NCBI GenBank assembly: GCA_964230645.1
Contig: CAXRHT010000001.1
Coordinates: 224,001-288,000 of the forward strand
Direction of reading: 5' to 3'
Source of the DNA: Bdellovibrionales bacterium
GTDB lineage: Bacteria > Bdellovibrionota > Bdellovibrionia > Bdellovibrionales > JAGQZY01
Length of the DNA: 64,000 nt
The notes beneath the pieces were generated by a model. That model saw nothing but the letters and a program-made list of their open reading frames with translations, was not told the DNA's origin and did no database searches. The translations under genes and the position numbers were made by a program. This document shows, one piece after another, positions 38,008 through 47,686 of the stretch (positions within the stretch are counted from its first letter, which is position 1; every line of letters starts with the position of its first letter).

Positions 38008-39258
38008 TTATCGACTTGTTGGACGATCGTAGTTACCGCCCTCACTTTCCTCTGGGCAGCAAAGACCTCTTTGGCTACAAAGTTGAGCCTGTTGTGAGCG
38101 AGACTTGCTAGAACAGATTACTGGAGTGTAGTCCACAGGATCGTTGGGCTCTTGTGGTTCTGGACGATCAGGACAGCATACCCCTCTCTGTGCACAAAGC
38201 TGCGCTTGTCCTTGAGGAGTTTTGCTAGAACAGATGATCGTAGGAATCTCAAGAGGATCGTCACTTGTTGGTGGTGGATAATGGGGTTGTGGCTGAGGAC
38301 GTGGAGTATCAGGCACTCGGCAACCATTGTAGCCAGTAAAACAAGTGGATGTCGCCATACCTTCAAGCATGTTCCAACCACCAGACTGACAAGACATTTG
38401 CTTTCTATGGATACATTTACAAATTTGAACCGCTTGTGGACGGCCACCCATACGAGAAGAATATTGTCTTACACAACGCTCATCGTAACGATGTTGAGTG
38501 TTGGTGTCGGTATTGAATTTACCATTATCACGGAAGTTAGGTCTAACCATATCCAAACGACGACGAAAATCACGAGGCATACTGCGTGTACTACACATGC
38601 GACCGCCGCGGAAATTACTGCGGTAAGGTCTCAATTCATCAGCACTGACTGAATAGCGGTTGCCACCGGACTGTACAGTGATCGGACGAGCGGTGTACTC
38701 ACATCGAGGAGCATTGGCGGCATTGGCTTCATTAGCAGCAATCGCTAATCCCCCGGCAACAAGTCCGAAAGCTAACAAAGGAGCAATCGCGTGGGCTTCA
38801 TTAACGAAAAGAGCGTCATAAACTCCTGCCACTGAATTCTTTTTAAGAGCGGCGACGTTTTTCTCATGGTAGTCTTTAAAACTCATTCCGTCTGTCCACG
38901 CAATGAGAGTTCCGTTGAGTTTGTAAGAACGACCGTTAGCGTCCATATCAGAGATAATGGCTTGCACTCTTCCATTGATACGAAGAGCCACTTTTCCGCC
39001 GGTACGGGGTTCAAAGCGCCAAAGCCATTTATCAAATTGCTTTTTGTTTTCCTTGTAAAGCTTATCCAAATATTTGTGATCCGCACGGCTTTCAAAATGA
39101 CCTTTGTACTTCATTACAAGTGCTTCAAGATTTGACTCGTAGTTTAGATAGTCAATACCTCGGCGAACGTTCACGTTTAAATCGGCGTTCGCAAAACTTG
39201 TTGAAAGCAATAGAACCAATTGGATAAATCCGATGATTACATTTCTTAGAGATTTCAT
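38008..39258 (-). CDS. Secreted Cys-rich hypothetical protein with two C-terminal repeats
   Basis: Signal peptide; internal hydrophobic segment; two ICSSK-x4-QAQLC-x-QRG-x-CCP repeats. Confidence 0.75.
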   Translation of the reverse strand: MKSLRNVIIGFIQLVLLLSTSFANADLNVNVRRGIDYLNYESNLEALVMKYKGHFESRADHKYLDKLYKENKKQFDKWLWRFEPRTGGKVALRINGRVQAIISDMDANGRSYKLNGTLIAWTDGMSFKDYHEKNVAALKKNSVAGVYDALFVNEAHAIAPLLAFGLVAGGLAIAANEANAANAPRCEYTARPITVQSGGNRYSVSADELRPYRSNFRGGRMCSTRSMPRDFRRRLDMVRPNFRDNGKFNTDTNTQHRYDERCVRQYSSRMGGRPQAVQICKCIHRKQMSCQSGGWNMLEGMATSTCFTGYNGCRVPDTPRPQPQPHYPPPTSDDPLEIPTIICSSKTPQGQAQLCAQRGVCCPDRPEPQEPNDPVDYTPVICSSKSRSQQAQLCSQRGLCCPEESEGGNYDRPTSR

Positions 39259-39570
39259 ATCCCTTCCCTTTGTTGAAAGAAAACTTATAATGCCAGATCG
39301 GTTGTTAAAATCTGAGACTTTAGTTCCTACCGACTGAAACTAGACTATCATCCCTGAATTGCTAAAAGAAAGCATTCAGGGGCTAGACCTGGACCCCTAC
39401 GATCAGCCTCGACTTAGGGAAGTGCTTCAGCCCCAATGAGTGACGCAGTTGAAGTTAAATTTCTTCCTAGATCATCGAACGGAAAACTTCCCCCTGAGGC
39501 CCTGGAAGCTACATTCACCTCTTTAATGAGTGTAAAATCTAGGTTGGTGCTCAACAAGGGGTTTATAAGA

Positions 39571-41025
39571 GTGTTGCATTCATTATTACCAGTTCGCTTC
39601 TTTTTTGTTTCGATTCTCATTTTAGGATCGACTTCCAAAGCCTCTCTTCGTCTAGAGGAAGGCTCCTATGCCAATAGAACTCATATTGATGCTGCGTTAA
39701 GAAGAGCCAATCTCAACTTCACCTACAGAGGTTGTGACCAAACCCCTGATCCCCGCCGCGTGCAACTCACTCCCGACCCCAATTGCGCGCGAAGCACTCC
39801 TCAGGAGACTGGAACCTCCGGAAATGCCCATGGTCGCACAAGCCTTGAAGGACGAGTGACTGCCACCTACGAAGACCAAACCGAATGTGAAGACAACGAA
39901 CAAGTCACCAGACGCATTCACACCAATCATTCTTTAAGAAACATCTACGAACATTTTGAACGCCTGGGCTGCCGCCCTACTCACATTGTGATTGAAGACA
40001 GCGATCCCGAGTTTTTAAGTCAAGTCAGACAAAGCACTCAAGATCCTAGTCTTTGTGAAATTCCTGAGACTCGCATTTCAAAACCGGGTTTTCCCACCGA
40101 CGAACATTCTTTTTTCAATATGAGTGCTAATGATGAAGGCTTTAAAATCGGCGGACACACCGAGTATAAATTCAATCACGACACAGGCTCTTGGTGCGTA
40201 CGATACATCCCTAACAACACTGGAAGTTGCGAACAGCCCCAAGACTGGCCAGGCCCCATTCCAATGCTTTACTGCACGGACACCACCCCTAACAGCTGCC
40301 AGCAAGGCCGAGGGAACTATCACGTTAAGGGAACGGTTTCGCTTATGCCCAATGGACAAGCGCAAATCCGTGCTATGAACCGAACTTTTTCCAGCTACGA
40401 GGCTGTGTTTGAAGCTCAGAAAAATGGGGAACTCACAAATACGATCACTTCGGCTGGACGCATTGATTTTCAAACCTGGAGAAAACCCAACGGGCTTGTT
40501 CGCAGTATCGTACGCTCTTACGACCAAGACACACCCGGCGCGAACCATCAAAGAGCGATTAACTTTTTTGCCCGTAATGTTTTTGGGATTGGGGTGACAA
40601 GCAGTTGGTGTTCGGATGAGCACTGCTTTGCTGATGTTAGCCAGGAAAGGCTTCGCCCCTCTCGCTGCGAAGATAACCCCAGTGTGAATCTCCACAATGG
40701 AGGAAGTGGGAACTTGTGTCACTCTTGCATTGGAATTCTTCCGGGACATTGTGCGATTGAACGCCAAGAAGTGGACTACTTGCGCTCGAAGCTTCGCCAA
40801 AACTCCCAGTTTACCATTCTTGATACCGGCGAGTACAAAATGGGTCAAAACGTTGAAACCGGTCTCATGGCCAATTTCAACCGTATCGTTACCACTCCTC
40901 AAAATAACCGCGGCTGCTTTGAGGGCCACTCCCCTTCTTTTGATCATGTCTTTGATCCTGGGGAAGTGGAACGTAATGGGAGCACTGAGGGGCGAACGAT
41001 TCAGAACAAAAAAGAATCGCTTTAG
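39571..41025 (+). CDS. Secreted Cys-rich hypothetical protein, possible atypical L,D-transpeptidase-like C-terminus
   Basis: Signal-like segment ending STSKA (start probably 39571 or 39574 rather than 39436); VNLHNG...CHSCIGI. Confidence 0.6.
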   Translation: MLHSLLPVRFFFVSILILGSTSKASLRLEEGSYANRTHIDAALRRANLNFTYRGCDQTPDPRRVQLTPDPNCARSTPQETGTSGNAHGRTSLEGRVTATYEDQTECEDNEQVTRRIHTNHSLRNIYEHFERLGCRPTHIVIEDSDPEFLSQVRQSTQDPSLCEIPETRISKPGFPTDEHSFFNMSANDEGFKIGGHTEYKFNHDTGSWCVRYIPNNTGSCEQPQDWPGPIPMLYCTDTTPNSCQQGRGNYHVKGTVSLMPNGQAQIRAMNRTFSSYEAVFEAQKNGELTNTITSAGRIDFQTWRKPNGLVRSIVRSYDQDTPGANHQRAINFFARNVFGIGVTSSWCSDEHCFADVSQERLRPSRCEDNPSVNLHNGGSGNLCHSCIGILPGHCAIERQEVDYLRSKLRQNSQFTILDTGEYKMGQNVETGLMANFNRIVTTPQNNRGCFEGHSPSFDHVFDPGEVERNGSTEGRTIQNKKESL

Positions 41026-41036
41026 GGTGCAAAGAA

Positions 41037-41203
41037 GAAGGCCTCGGTTGGCATTCAATCCTGTTTTGCTGGAGTTTTTAAGACACCTATTTTCATAGGC
41101 ACAGCTCCTGCTTTGCTGGCATCACCCTGCGGGTGAGCGCGTCCCGCTTGCCAGAGCCTACGAAAATAGGTGTCTTAAAAACTCCAGCAAAACAGAATTG
41201 AAT
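41037..41203 (-). repeat. Long-stem hairpin element, family II (copy D)
   Basis: 48-bp arms (41053-41100 and 41156-41203, two mismatches) around a 55-nt structured core. Confidence 0.88.
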
Positions 41204-41245
41204 AGCCTTGTGATTTTTTTTGTATTTTTAAAATTATTTAATTTG

Positions 41246-41998
41246 TTAGAGGTAAATTTTCTTCATTTCTTCGAATTCGCGGACGACGTCTTCTCGGATT
41301 TGTTCTTTTACTTTTTTCATTTCTTCGATGGGGACTTTGGCCATGTCGACAGGTGGAAGGAATCTTACGCCCACTTTTTTTGTCCAATTTGTTTTGTTAA
41401 TCAGGATAGAGCCTTTTGGTAGCACGCGGTCCATTCCGCAGATGACCACGGGGACGACGGGCATTTTTGCGTTGATGGCGAAGATGAAGGGGCCGGATTT
41501 GAATTTTTTTATCTCATCACCTTCGCGTCGTCCACCCTCTGGAGCTAAAGCGAAGGCTTCGCCTTTGGCGACTCTTTCTTCAGCTTTTCGGTAGACTTCT
41601 ATTACTTTGCTTCTGTCTTCTCTTGTGATTGGTAGAGTTCCGGCTAACTCCATAGCTTTTCCGAAAAGGGGAATTTTGAAAAGGGAGGCTTTGGCTCCGT
41701 AGCGGAAACTTTTAGGTGAACAGACAAATAAAAAGGGAATGTCCATATGACTGCAGTGGGTGAATAAAAAGAGGAAGCCTTTGTTTTTTGGGACATTTTC
41801 TTGGCCTTCGATTTCAGGGATGACTCCGCTAAGTTTTACCATCGGGTAGCACCACATGGGGCCTACGGCGAAATCCACTATTTTTCTGGGAGCTCTTAGG
41901 AGTAAAAGACTAATCACTATGATCGAGCAATAGCCGGTGTGGAGGGCTACGAAAAATGCGAGAAAAAAAGAGCGAAGAAAAGCTAGGATTTTTAGCAT
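41246..41998 (-). CDS. plsC: 1-acyl-sn-glycerol-3-phosphate acyltransferase
   Basis: HCSHMD (HX4D), AKASLFKIP, PEGGR and FKSG motifs. Confidence 0.88.
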   Translation of the reverse strand: MLKILAFLRSFFLAFFVALHTGYCSIIVISLLLLRAPRKIVDFAVGPMWCYPMVKLSGVIPEIEGQENVPKNKGFLFLFTHCSHMDIPFLFVCSPKSFRYGAKASLFKIPLFGKAMELAGTLPITREDRSKVIEVYRKAEERVAKGEAFALAPEGGRREGDEIKKFKSGPFIFAINAKMPVVPVVICGMDRVLPKGSILINKTNWTKKVGVRFLPPVDMAKVPIEEMKKVKEQIREDVVREFEEMKKIYL

Positions 41999-42068
41999 AG
42001 GTCATTCTACTCATCCCTGGACTCAGGTCAATAAATCCGGCGAAAAGACGAGATCTCAGTGAATTCAT

Positions 42069-42095
42069 TAATTTTGGGTACTATTGTGCCGATAT
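42069..42095 (+). promoter_or_regulatory. FliA-type promoter
   Basis: TAAT-N15-GCCGATAT upstream of mscS. Confidence 0.55.
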
Positions 42096-42114
42096 GAGAC
42101 ATTGAGGAAGCAAC

Positions 42115-43023
42115 ATGGATTTCAACGAGATAATTAGCAAAATAACAGCCTGGATCAGCGTTCCCTTATTCGAATTAAGGGGCAATCCTATTTCTGTTAA
42201 GAGCCTAATCGTCTTAGCTTCCCTCCTCTGGGGCTTCTACTGGCTTTCCAAGTGGATCGAAAAATTTGCTCATAAGACTCTTTTATATAAAGACATCGAC
42301 CCTGGGATTAAGGGTTCCATTGAGCGATTCAGTCGCTATTTTATTTTAATTATTGGTACTTTTGTGAGTTTAAGCTCCATTGGAATTAACTTAACAACTT
42401 TGACCGCCGTCGGTGGATTTGCCCTAGTCGGTATTGGTTTTGGACTACAGAACATCACCCAAAACTTTATGTCTGGAATTGTCATTCTCCTCGAACGCCC
42501 CATTAAAAAAGGGGATATCGTCAGAGTGGGTGACACCTCTGGCCGAGTTCTCGACATCAAAGCTCGCTCCACACTGGTTCTTACCCGTGATGACGTTGTT
42601 ATGATTGTGCCGAACTCCGACTTTATCAGTAAGCAAGTGGTCAATGATAGTTTTTCAGGCGATAAACTCCGATTGCATGTTGATGTCGGTGTTGCTTACG
42701 ACTCAGATATCGATACTGTCACACAAGTCCTTATGGACGTGGCTTCAAGACACGATAAGGTCCTTTCCTCTCCCCCACCCACTGTTGTGCTTAAAGAGTT
42801 TGCAGATTCAAGTCTCAACTTCACCTTAAGAATTTGGACCAGTGAGTTGTGGTTTTTCGATCTTCTTCTCTCAGAGCTTCGCTATGAAATTGTGCGAGAA
42901 TTCCGCAAAAAAGGAGTCACAATCCCCTTTCCTCAAAGAGATCTGCATCTTCGCTCAGTGTCTGCGGAAAAGCCTCTTGGGATACGAAGTGTGGCTTCGG
43001 TGCGAAAACCTGGAGATCACTAA
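42115..43023 (+). CDS. MscS-family mechanosensitive channel
   Basis: GIGFGLQNITQNFMSG, ERPIKKGD, VPNS and IPFPQRD motifs. Confidence 0.93.
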   Translation: MDFNEIISKITAWISVPLFELRGNPISVKSLIVLASLLWGFYWLSKWIEKFAHKTLLYKDIDPGIKGSIERFSRYFILIIGTFVSLSSIGINLTTLTAVGGFALVGIGFGLQNITQNFMSGIVILLERPIKKGDIVRVGDTSGRVLDIKARSTLVLTRDDVVMIVPNSDFISKQVVNDSFSGDKLRLHVDVGVAYDSDIDTVTQVLMDVASRHDKVLSSPPPTVVLKEFADSSLNFTLRIWTSELWFFDLLLSELRYEIVREFRKKGVTIPFPQRDLHLRSVSAEKPLGIRSVASVRKPGDH

Positions 43024-43119
43024 TAAAATCAGTGACTCAAGGCACAATTTACTGATTTATCAACTTTTACACGACAAACTAATGAGGTTAGACAATCCGT
43101 GAGAATAATAGGAGGAATT

Positions 43120-43500
43120 GTGAAAAAGCTTTTGATTTTAAGTGCTATCGTTATGGGTCTCGGAGCTTGCAGCTCAGCTGAAAAGAAAGACATGAAAGAT
43201 GCCGGCGATGAGGCTCAGGCAACGGCCGAGCAAACAAAAGAAAATATGGAAGAAAAAGCCGAAGAGGCCAAAGAAGAAGCGGAGTCCTCCATGGAAGGCA
43301 GCAAAGCCTCCTGCACACTCGACAAAGACACTCGTGTGATCGAAGTGAAGAAAACTGAGGGTGGCGGATGCGAACTTTTCTATACAAAGTTTGGTGAATC
43401 GAAGTCTGTGGCTTCTTCTGGGTTCGGAACACAGTATTGCGAAGAAGTAAAAGATCGCATTCAGTCCAACTTGAGTAAAGCTGGATTTACATGTCAATAA
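43120..43500 (+). CDS. Hypothetical lipoprotein
   Basis: GGAGG RBS then GTG start; lipobox LGAC; acidic coiled linker; four-Cys C-terminal domain. Confidence 0.75.
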   Translation: MKKLLILSAIVMGLGACSSAEKKDMKDAGDEAQATAEQTKENMEEKAEEAKEEAESSMEGSKASCTLDKDTRVIEVKKTEGGGCELFYTKFGESKSVASSGFGTQYCEEVKDRIQSNLSKAGFTCQ

Positions 43501-44312
43501 TTAGGCCTCTAAAGCCTTTGGGACGAACCTTTGGGTTCGTCCTTTTTTTTGTCTTTTTTCTTGGTCTGTCTGCCCCTAGTCAGGCGGACGAAAAAAAACC
43601 ACAGTCTAAATGGGGTTTGGGGCTTGGAGCTGGTTGGATCAGTGACTATCCAGGAGCCGCCCAGGGACGAATGCGTTTTCTTCCCTTCCCTGTTTACAGA
43701 GGCAGTGCTTTTCGAATCGACCGAATCTCCGGCGTATCCGGGGATGTGTTTGCTAACACGCGCTTTGATTTTTCCTGGAATTTTATTTTTCAATTTCCTA
43801 CCGATTCAGAGTCCATTCCCGTGCGCCAAGGAATGCCCGATCTTGATTGGTTATTAAGTCTTGGGCCACAGATGAAATACTTTATCTATGTGCACCCCAA
43901 TCATACCTTTTTCTTTCGATTTCCCATTCGCCTCAACGCTTGCACTAACTTTGCAAAACGTTCGCGCTTTTGCGGGGTTGTTTTTAACCCTGGATTCCGT
44001 CACGCCATTCGTTATCAAGGTTTAGGAGAGCTGACCTTTCGCGCCGAAGCTCTGATTCAATCAAGTGAATACCAACAGTACTTCTTTGAGGTCCCCAAAG
44101 AATTTGCCACCCCCACCAGACCAAGCTTCCACGCCCGAGCTGGCTTCTTAGGCTTTGTTTATGGATTTTTTCACACCCTTCCTTTTGAGGGATGGAACCT
44201 TTCTTCATCCGTAAACATTTATGATTACAGCCTAGCCATCAATCACAACTCCCCCCTATTCATTCACAAAACCAACTATGGTTTTCTAATGGCTGTCACT
44301 TTTGATATTTAG
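43491..44312 (+). CDS. MipA/OmpV family outer membrane protein
   Basis: WGLGLGAG-DYPGA, RQGMPDLD-GP and YFFEV motifs. Confidence 0.8.
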   Translation: MSIIRPLKPLGRTFGFVLFFVFFLGLSAPSQADEKKPQSKWGLGLGAGWISDYPGAAQGRMRFLPFPVYRGSAFRIDRISGVSGDVFANTRFDFSWNFIFQFPTDSESIPVRQGMPDLDWLLSLGPQMKYFIYVHPNHTFFFRFPIRLNACTNFAKRSRFCGVVFNPGFRHAIRYQGLGELTFRAEALIQSSEYQQYFFEVPKEFATPTRPSFHARAGFLGFVYGFFHTLPFEGWNLSSSVNIYDYSLAINHNSPLFIHKTNYGFLMAVTFDI

Positions 44313-44618
44313 TTACTTGTCTGAGCACCACTCAAATGGGCGCTCACCCTGTTTTCTTTGCAAATTCACCATTTTATAATTTTTCTCGACGCACCCTGGT
44401 CGCTATCAGCAAACATTCTTTTCATCTGACGAATCAAGCCGACACAAAAAATCTTCTGTTAACAATGGTATTGCATTCAACCTCTAGAATTCTTCGTCAT
44501 ACAAGCGCACGACTAACTTTCCATCCACTCATTTTGACGAAACAGGCTAAAAATCTCTATAAAACGGCTGTTTTCAAAAACGAACAACAAACATCTTTAA
44601 CAACAAAAGGAGAACAAG

Positions 44619-44975
44619 ATGAAAAAATTACTAGTGATCGCTATCATGGCCGTATCAAGTGTTGCATTTGCTCGCGGGGAAAAAACAGTATTCAGCGAAA
44701 CTGTACAAGGTGCTACAGCTCAAGAAGCTTACGACAATGGAATGGCTTTAGTTGCTGCTATCGAAGCTGCTGGTGAGACTCGTCCAGAAGTTTCTGGAAT
44801 GGCTTACAATGCAATGAAAGTTTACAGCGATTGTTTTCTTTCTTCTAGCGAAGCTCAAGACAACGACTACCTAAAAAGAAAAGCTTACCTTGTAGGTCAA
44901 ATCACTCAAGGGATCGACGTAAAAACTGGTTACAACGTTTGGAACGTAACTGTTAAAATTTCTTGCGAGCAGTAA
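44619..44975 (+). CDS. Secreted hypothetical protein
   Basis: AAGGAG RBS; signal peptide ending AFA; followed by a terminator. Confidence 0.75.
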   Translation: MKKLLVIAIMAVSSVAFARGEKTVFSETVQGATAQEAYDNGMALVAAIEAAGETRPEVSGMAYNAMKVYSDCFLSSSEAQDNDYLKRKAYLVGQITQGIDVKTGYNVWNVTVKISCEQ

Positions 44976-44998
44976 TCTCTTAGAAATTTCTTAAACTT

Positions 44999-45030
44999 AA
45001 AAGCCCTGGGTTAACACTCAGGGTTTTTTT
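44999..45030. terminator. Intrinsic terminator
   Basis: AAAGCCCTGGG-TTAACA-CTCAGGG followed by a T-run. Confidence 0.7.
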
Positions 45031-46436
45031 TATTTTAAATTCAATTTTTCTTGAAACAGAATATTCCCTTTCTGTCCCCAACTCTTAACTTCCCAGACTC
45101 CTTTTTTCTGAGCCTCTAAAGTCACAAAGTTCCATGTGCCGTCCACTCCATGAATGCGATGAGGATTGGGATCTCTTTCGAGGGCATCTTCATAAACAGA
45201 ACTGTGAACAGGACTTGAGGTTACCTCATAACTTCCTCCCGACACTTCTGTCGTTGGGATTTTCATCAATTCACTCATATGACGATCTCCGGAAATAAAC
45301 AGATAGCGCGCTTTCTTTTTATTAAGAAGCGAGAGTAAATCTTTAAACTCTTTTTTATGATTGCCTTCAAAGGATTCGAAACTATGGTAGGCCCCAAAGA
45401 ATTGGTCACCAGAGACAAGCCAGTTGAGATGATCCTCACTTAACTGCTCCCCGACCCACTTTATTTGCTTTTCACCAAGATGGTGTTCTTTGTCTCGAAA
45501 CGAGCGGTTATCAAGAAAGAGGAAGTTTTGCTTTTGCCACTGGAACGAAAAAGCCACTCCAGGTCCTTTTTCGACGGCTTCTGTGGAAAAATACAGGGGA
45601 AAGAAAGATCGAAAGATCTGGGCACTGATCTCTTTGTTGGAGTACTCAGCCCCGCCATTGTTTTTACCGTAATCATGATCATCCCAGACTCCGTAAACTG
45701 GCACCAGACTCTCCCAGCGAAATATGGGAAGCTTAAAACGGGTTTCCATATGACGTCGCCAAATGGTTTGTGGGTCCATCCCGTTGGGGCGAATCTTAAT
45801 ACCCTGATCGAGATAGGAGTTATCACCAATCATAAAAATGAGTGTTGATTTTCTCTTTTCAAGTGTCGACCAAATGTCTTTTATATCCTTGTAGCTATCT
45901 TTCATACAAGACAACAAAGACACTTTCGGCTTCTCCTCCTTTTTGTGAAACAATCGAAAACGGCGCGCATCTAAAAGCTCGCCCATTTCATTGGTTACAA
46001 AAAGTTTGTAGGACGCTCCGGCCTTTAAATCTTCAAAAGCGATATGCCAAAGGCGTCGACTTGTTTTATAGCGATGCACTTCTTTAAGAATATTTGGCTC
46101 AGAGATTTTCATCTGGCCCTTCTGACGAATGAGAAATCTTAAGGGAGCTTTTCCCTCCTGAGCCACTACAAATTGACTGGCATTGATTGTGGTCACTCCT
46201 TGCATTATGGGGAGGCGATGCTGGACCTCCACTTTCTTTCCCAAAAGAGCGCAGGAGGCTTTGTGCTTTTTTTTACAGAGGGGCTCCAGGCGAGCTTTGG
46301 CTTTCTCGATTTTTCCGGCTTTCAGAGCCTCTAAGGCGTCGTCAAATCCCGCCAGCTTCTTTTGGTGTTCAAAGCTGGTGCAACCGACAGCTAAAAGTAG
46401 GAGTGGTAGTAGTAAAGCTCTATTGAGCCTCGTCAA
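45030..46436 (-). CDS. phoD: PhoD-family alkaline phosphatase/phosphodiesterase lipoprotein
   Basis: GDNSYLD, WDDHDYG-NNG, LDNRSFR and SGDRH motifs; lipobox AVGC. Likely TTG start at 46436 overlapping the LysR stop. Confidence 0.85.
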   Translation of the reverse strand: MTRLNRALLLPLLLLAVGCTSFEHQKKLAGFDDALEALKAGKIEKAKARLEPLCKKKHKASCALLGKKVEVQHRLPIMQGVTTINASQFVVAQEGKAPLRFLIRQKGQMKISEPNILKEVHRYKTSRRLWHIAFEDLKAGASYKLFVTNEMGELLDARRFRLFHKKEEKPKVSLLSCMKDSYKDIKDIWSTLEKRKSTLIFMIGDNSYLDQGIKIRPNGMDPQTIWRRHMETRFKLPIFRWESLVPVYGVWDDHDYGKNNGGAEYSNKEISAQIFRSFFPLYFSTEAVEKGPGVAFSFQWQKQNFLFLDNRSFRDKEHHLGEKQIKWVGEQLSEDHLNWLVSGDQFFGAYHSFESFEGNHKKEFKDLLSLLNKKKARYLFISGDRHMSELMKIPTTEVSGGSYEVTSSPVHSSVYEDALERDPNPHRIHGVDGTWNFVTLEAQKKGVWEVKSWGQKGNILFQEKLNLK

Positions 46437-47346
46437 ATTTGGAGATAAGAAACTCCAAGGTTTTCTGAACAGGTGTGGAGTGAGTGCGGTTTTTAACAGT
46501 GGCCAGACTGATTTTGTTATGGGATTCTTTTCCTTTGGCATCAAATTCATAGAGCTTATAACCTTGTTCCAGTAGTTTTTCACCGTGGTGCCCCGGGAGA
46601 ACTCCAACTCCCATACCTGAGGTGATAAACCGAGCCACACCGAGGGCGTCGCTCACATAAGCTCGAACATTCAATTGCATTTGTCCGGCGCGAACATGCT
46701 GTTTCAACCAGTGCCTGAGAATTGGCTCCCCTTTTTCATAGGAAATATAATCAAAAGCCTCGTAAAAGCTTTTTCCTTTGAGGGACCCCACTTCTTTTTT
46801 CTTGGTCTTATAGTAATCTTCCGAACAGTAAAGTTTCAAGATTTCATCGTAAACTTTCTCAGTTTTAATCTGAGAGTCCATATTAAAATCATCCACAAAT
46901 GCAAAATCCACTTCACCGCTGAGAAGCATATTGTTGAGCACATGCCCTAATTCAAACTTCAAATTGAAATCAAGGTCTGGATGCTGTTCACCGAATTCCT
47001 TGAGCCATGGAATAATTAAGTTCAAACCAAAAACCACTGGCAATCCAATGGTCACCTCTCCTCTGAGTGTGTGATCTTTGGCGGTAACCCCTGTGAGAGC
47101 TTGTTCTAAACCTTTGAGCTGTGGAGAAATGTTATCATAAAGGGTTTTACCGGCCGCTGTTGGGATGAGCTTTTGTTTGATTCGATCAAAAAGCTTAACT
47201 TCAAGAGAGTCTTCAAGGGAACGTATGTGCTGGCTTATGCCCGACTGGGTCAAATGCAGCTCCGTGGCGGCCTGAGTCATACTGCGTGTGCGGTACACGG
47301 ATTCAAAGATTCTAAGGTAATTCAGGTTGATTTGATCTAAAAGCAT
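46420..47346 (-). CDS. LysR-family transcriptional regulator
   Basis: SMTQAATELHLTQSGISQHIRSLE-L-VKLFDR helix-turn-helix. Confidence 0.95.
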   Translation of the reverse strand: MLLDQINLNYLRIFESVYRTRSMTQAATELHLTQSGISQHIRSLEDSLEVKLFDRIKQKLIPTAAGKTLYDNISPQLKGLEQALTGVTAKDHTLRGEVTIGLPVVFGLNLIIPWLKEFGEQHPDLDFNLKFELGHVLNNMLLSGEVDFAFVDDFNMDSQIKTEKVYDEILKLYCSEDYYKTKKKEVGSLKGKSFYEAFDYISYEKGEPILRHWLKQHVRAGQMQLNVRAYVSDALGVARFITSGMGVGVLPGHHGEKLLEQGYKLYEFDAKGKESHNKISLATVKNRTHSTPVQKTLEFLISKFDEAQ

Positions 47347-47686
47347 GTTTTTCCCAATTTTTCTCGGCCTAATAAGGTTGTAAAAAGATCGACAAAAAAA
47401 CGCAACCTATAAAGCTGTGTATAGTATTTTTTCGACTCCTCTGACATTCGCCTCACCGAGCCCCCAAGTTGTGGAGGCTTTTGAGTGAATAGTTGACAGT
47501 CGACTAAATTTCAAAAAGTGCTTTTTTTTTGAAACTCAAACAATTTCAGAGATTTAGAGCGTCTCATTCGGAAACGATGACTCAATAAGCCCATTAGTTC
47601 CAAGAGCTTACCCCATTTTTTAAGCTTCCAGACCTTCGTACTAAAATAAAAACACAAAGGTAAGGAATGAAAGAAAGAGGGTTTAT

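Noticed and set aside
40078..41058. 326-aa antisense ORF
   Set aside because: It lies almost entirely opposite the 39571-41025 gene, starts inside a repeat and has no recognisable motifs. Treated as a shadow ORF like the many other short antisense ORFs.
44336..44776. 146-aa ORF overlapping gene 44619
   Set aside because: It has no RBS or motifs, while the 44619 frame has a strong RBS, signal peptide and terminator.
46437..46640. Long same-strand overlap of phoD and lysR
   Set aside because: The lipoprotein signal begins near TTG 46436, which reduces the overlap to 17 nt.
47432..47504. Imperfect extended hairpin in the lysR/vWA intergenic region
   Set aside because: It is single-copy with many mismatches and offers no covariation evidence, so it cannot be called an ncRNA.
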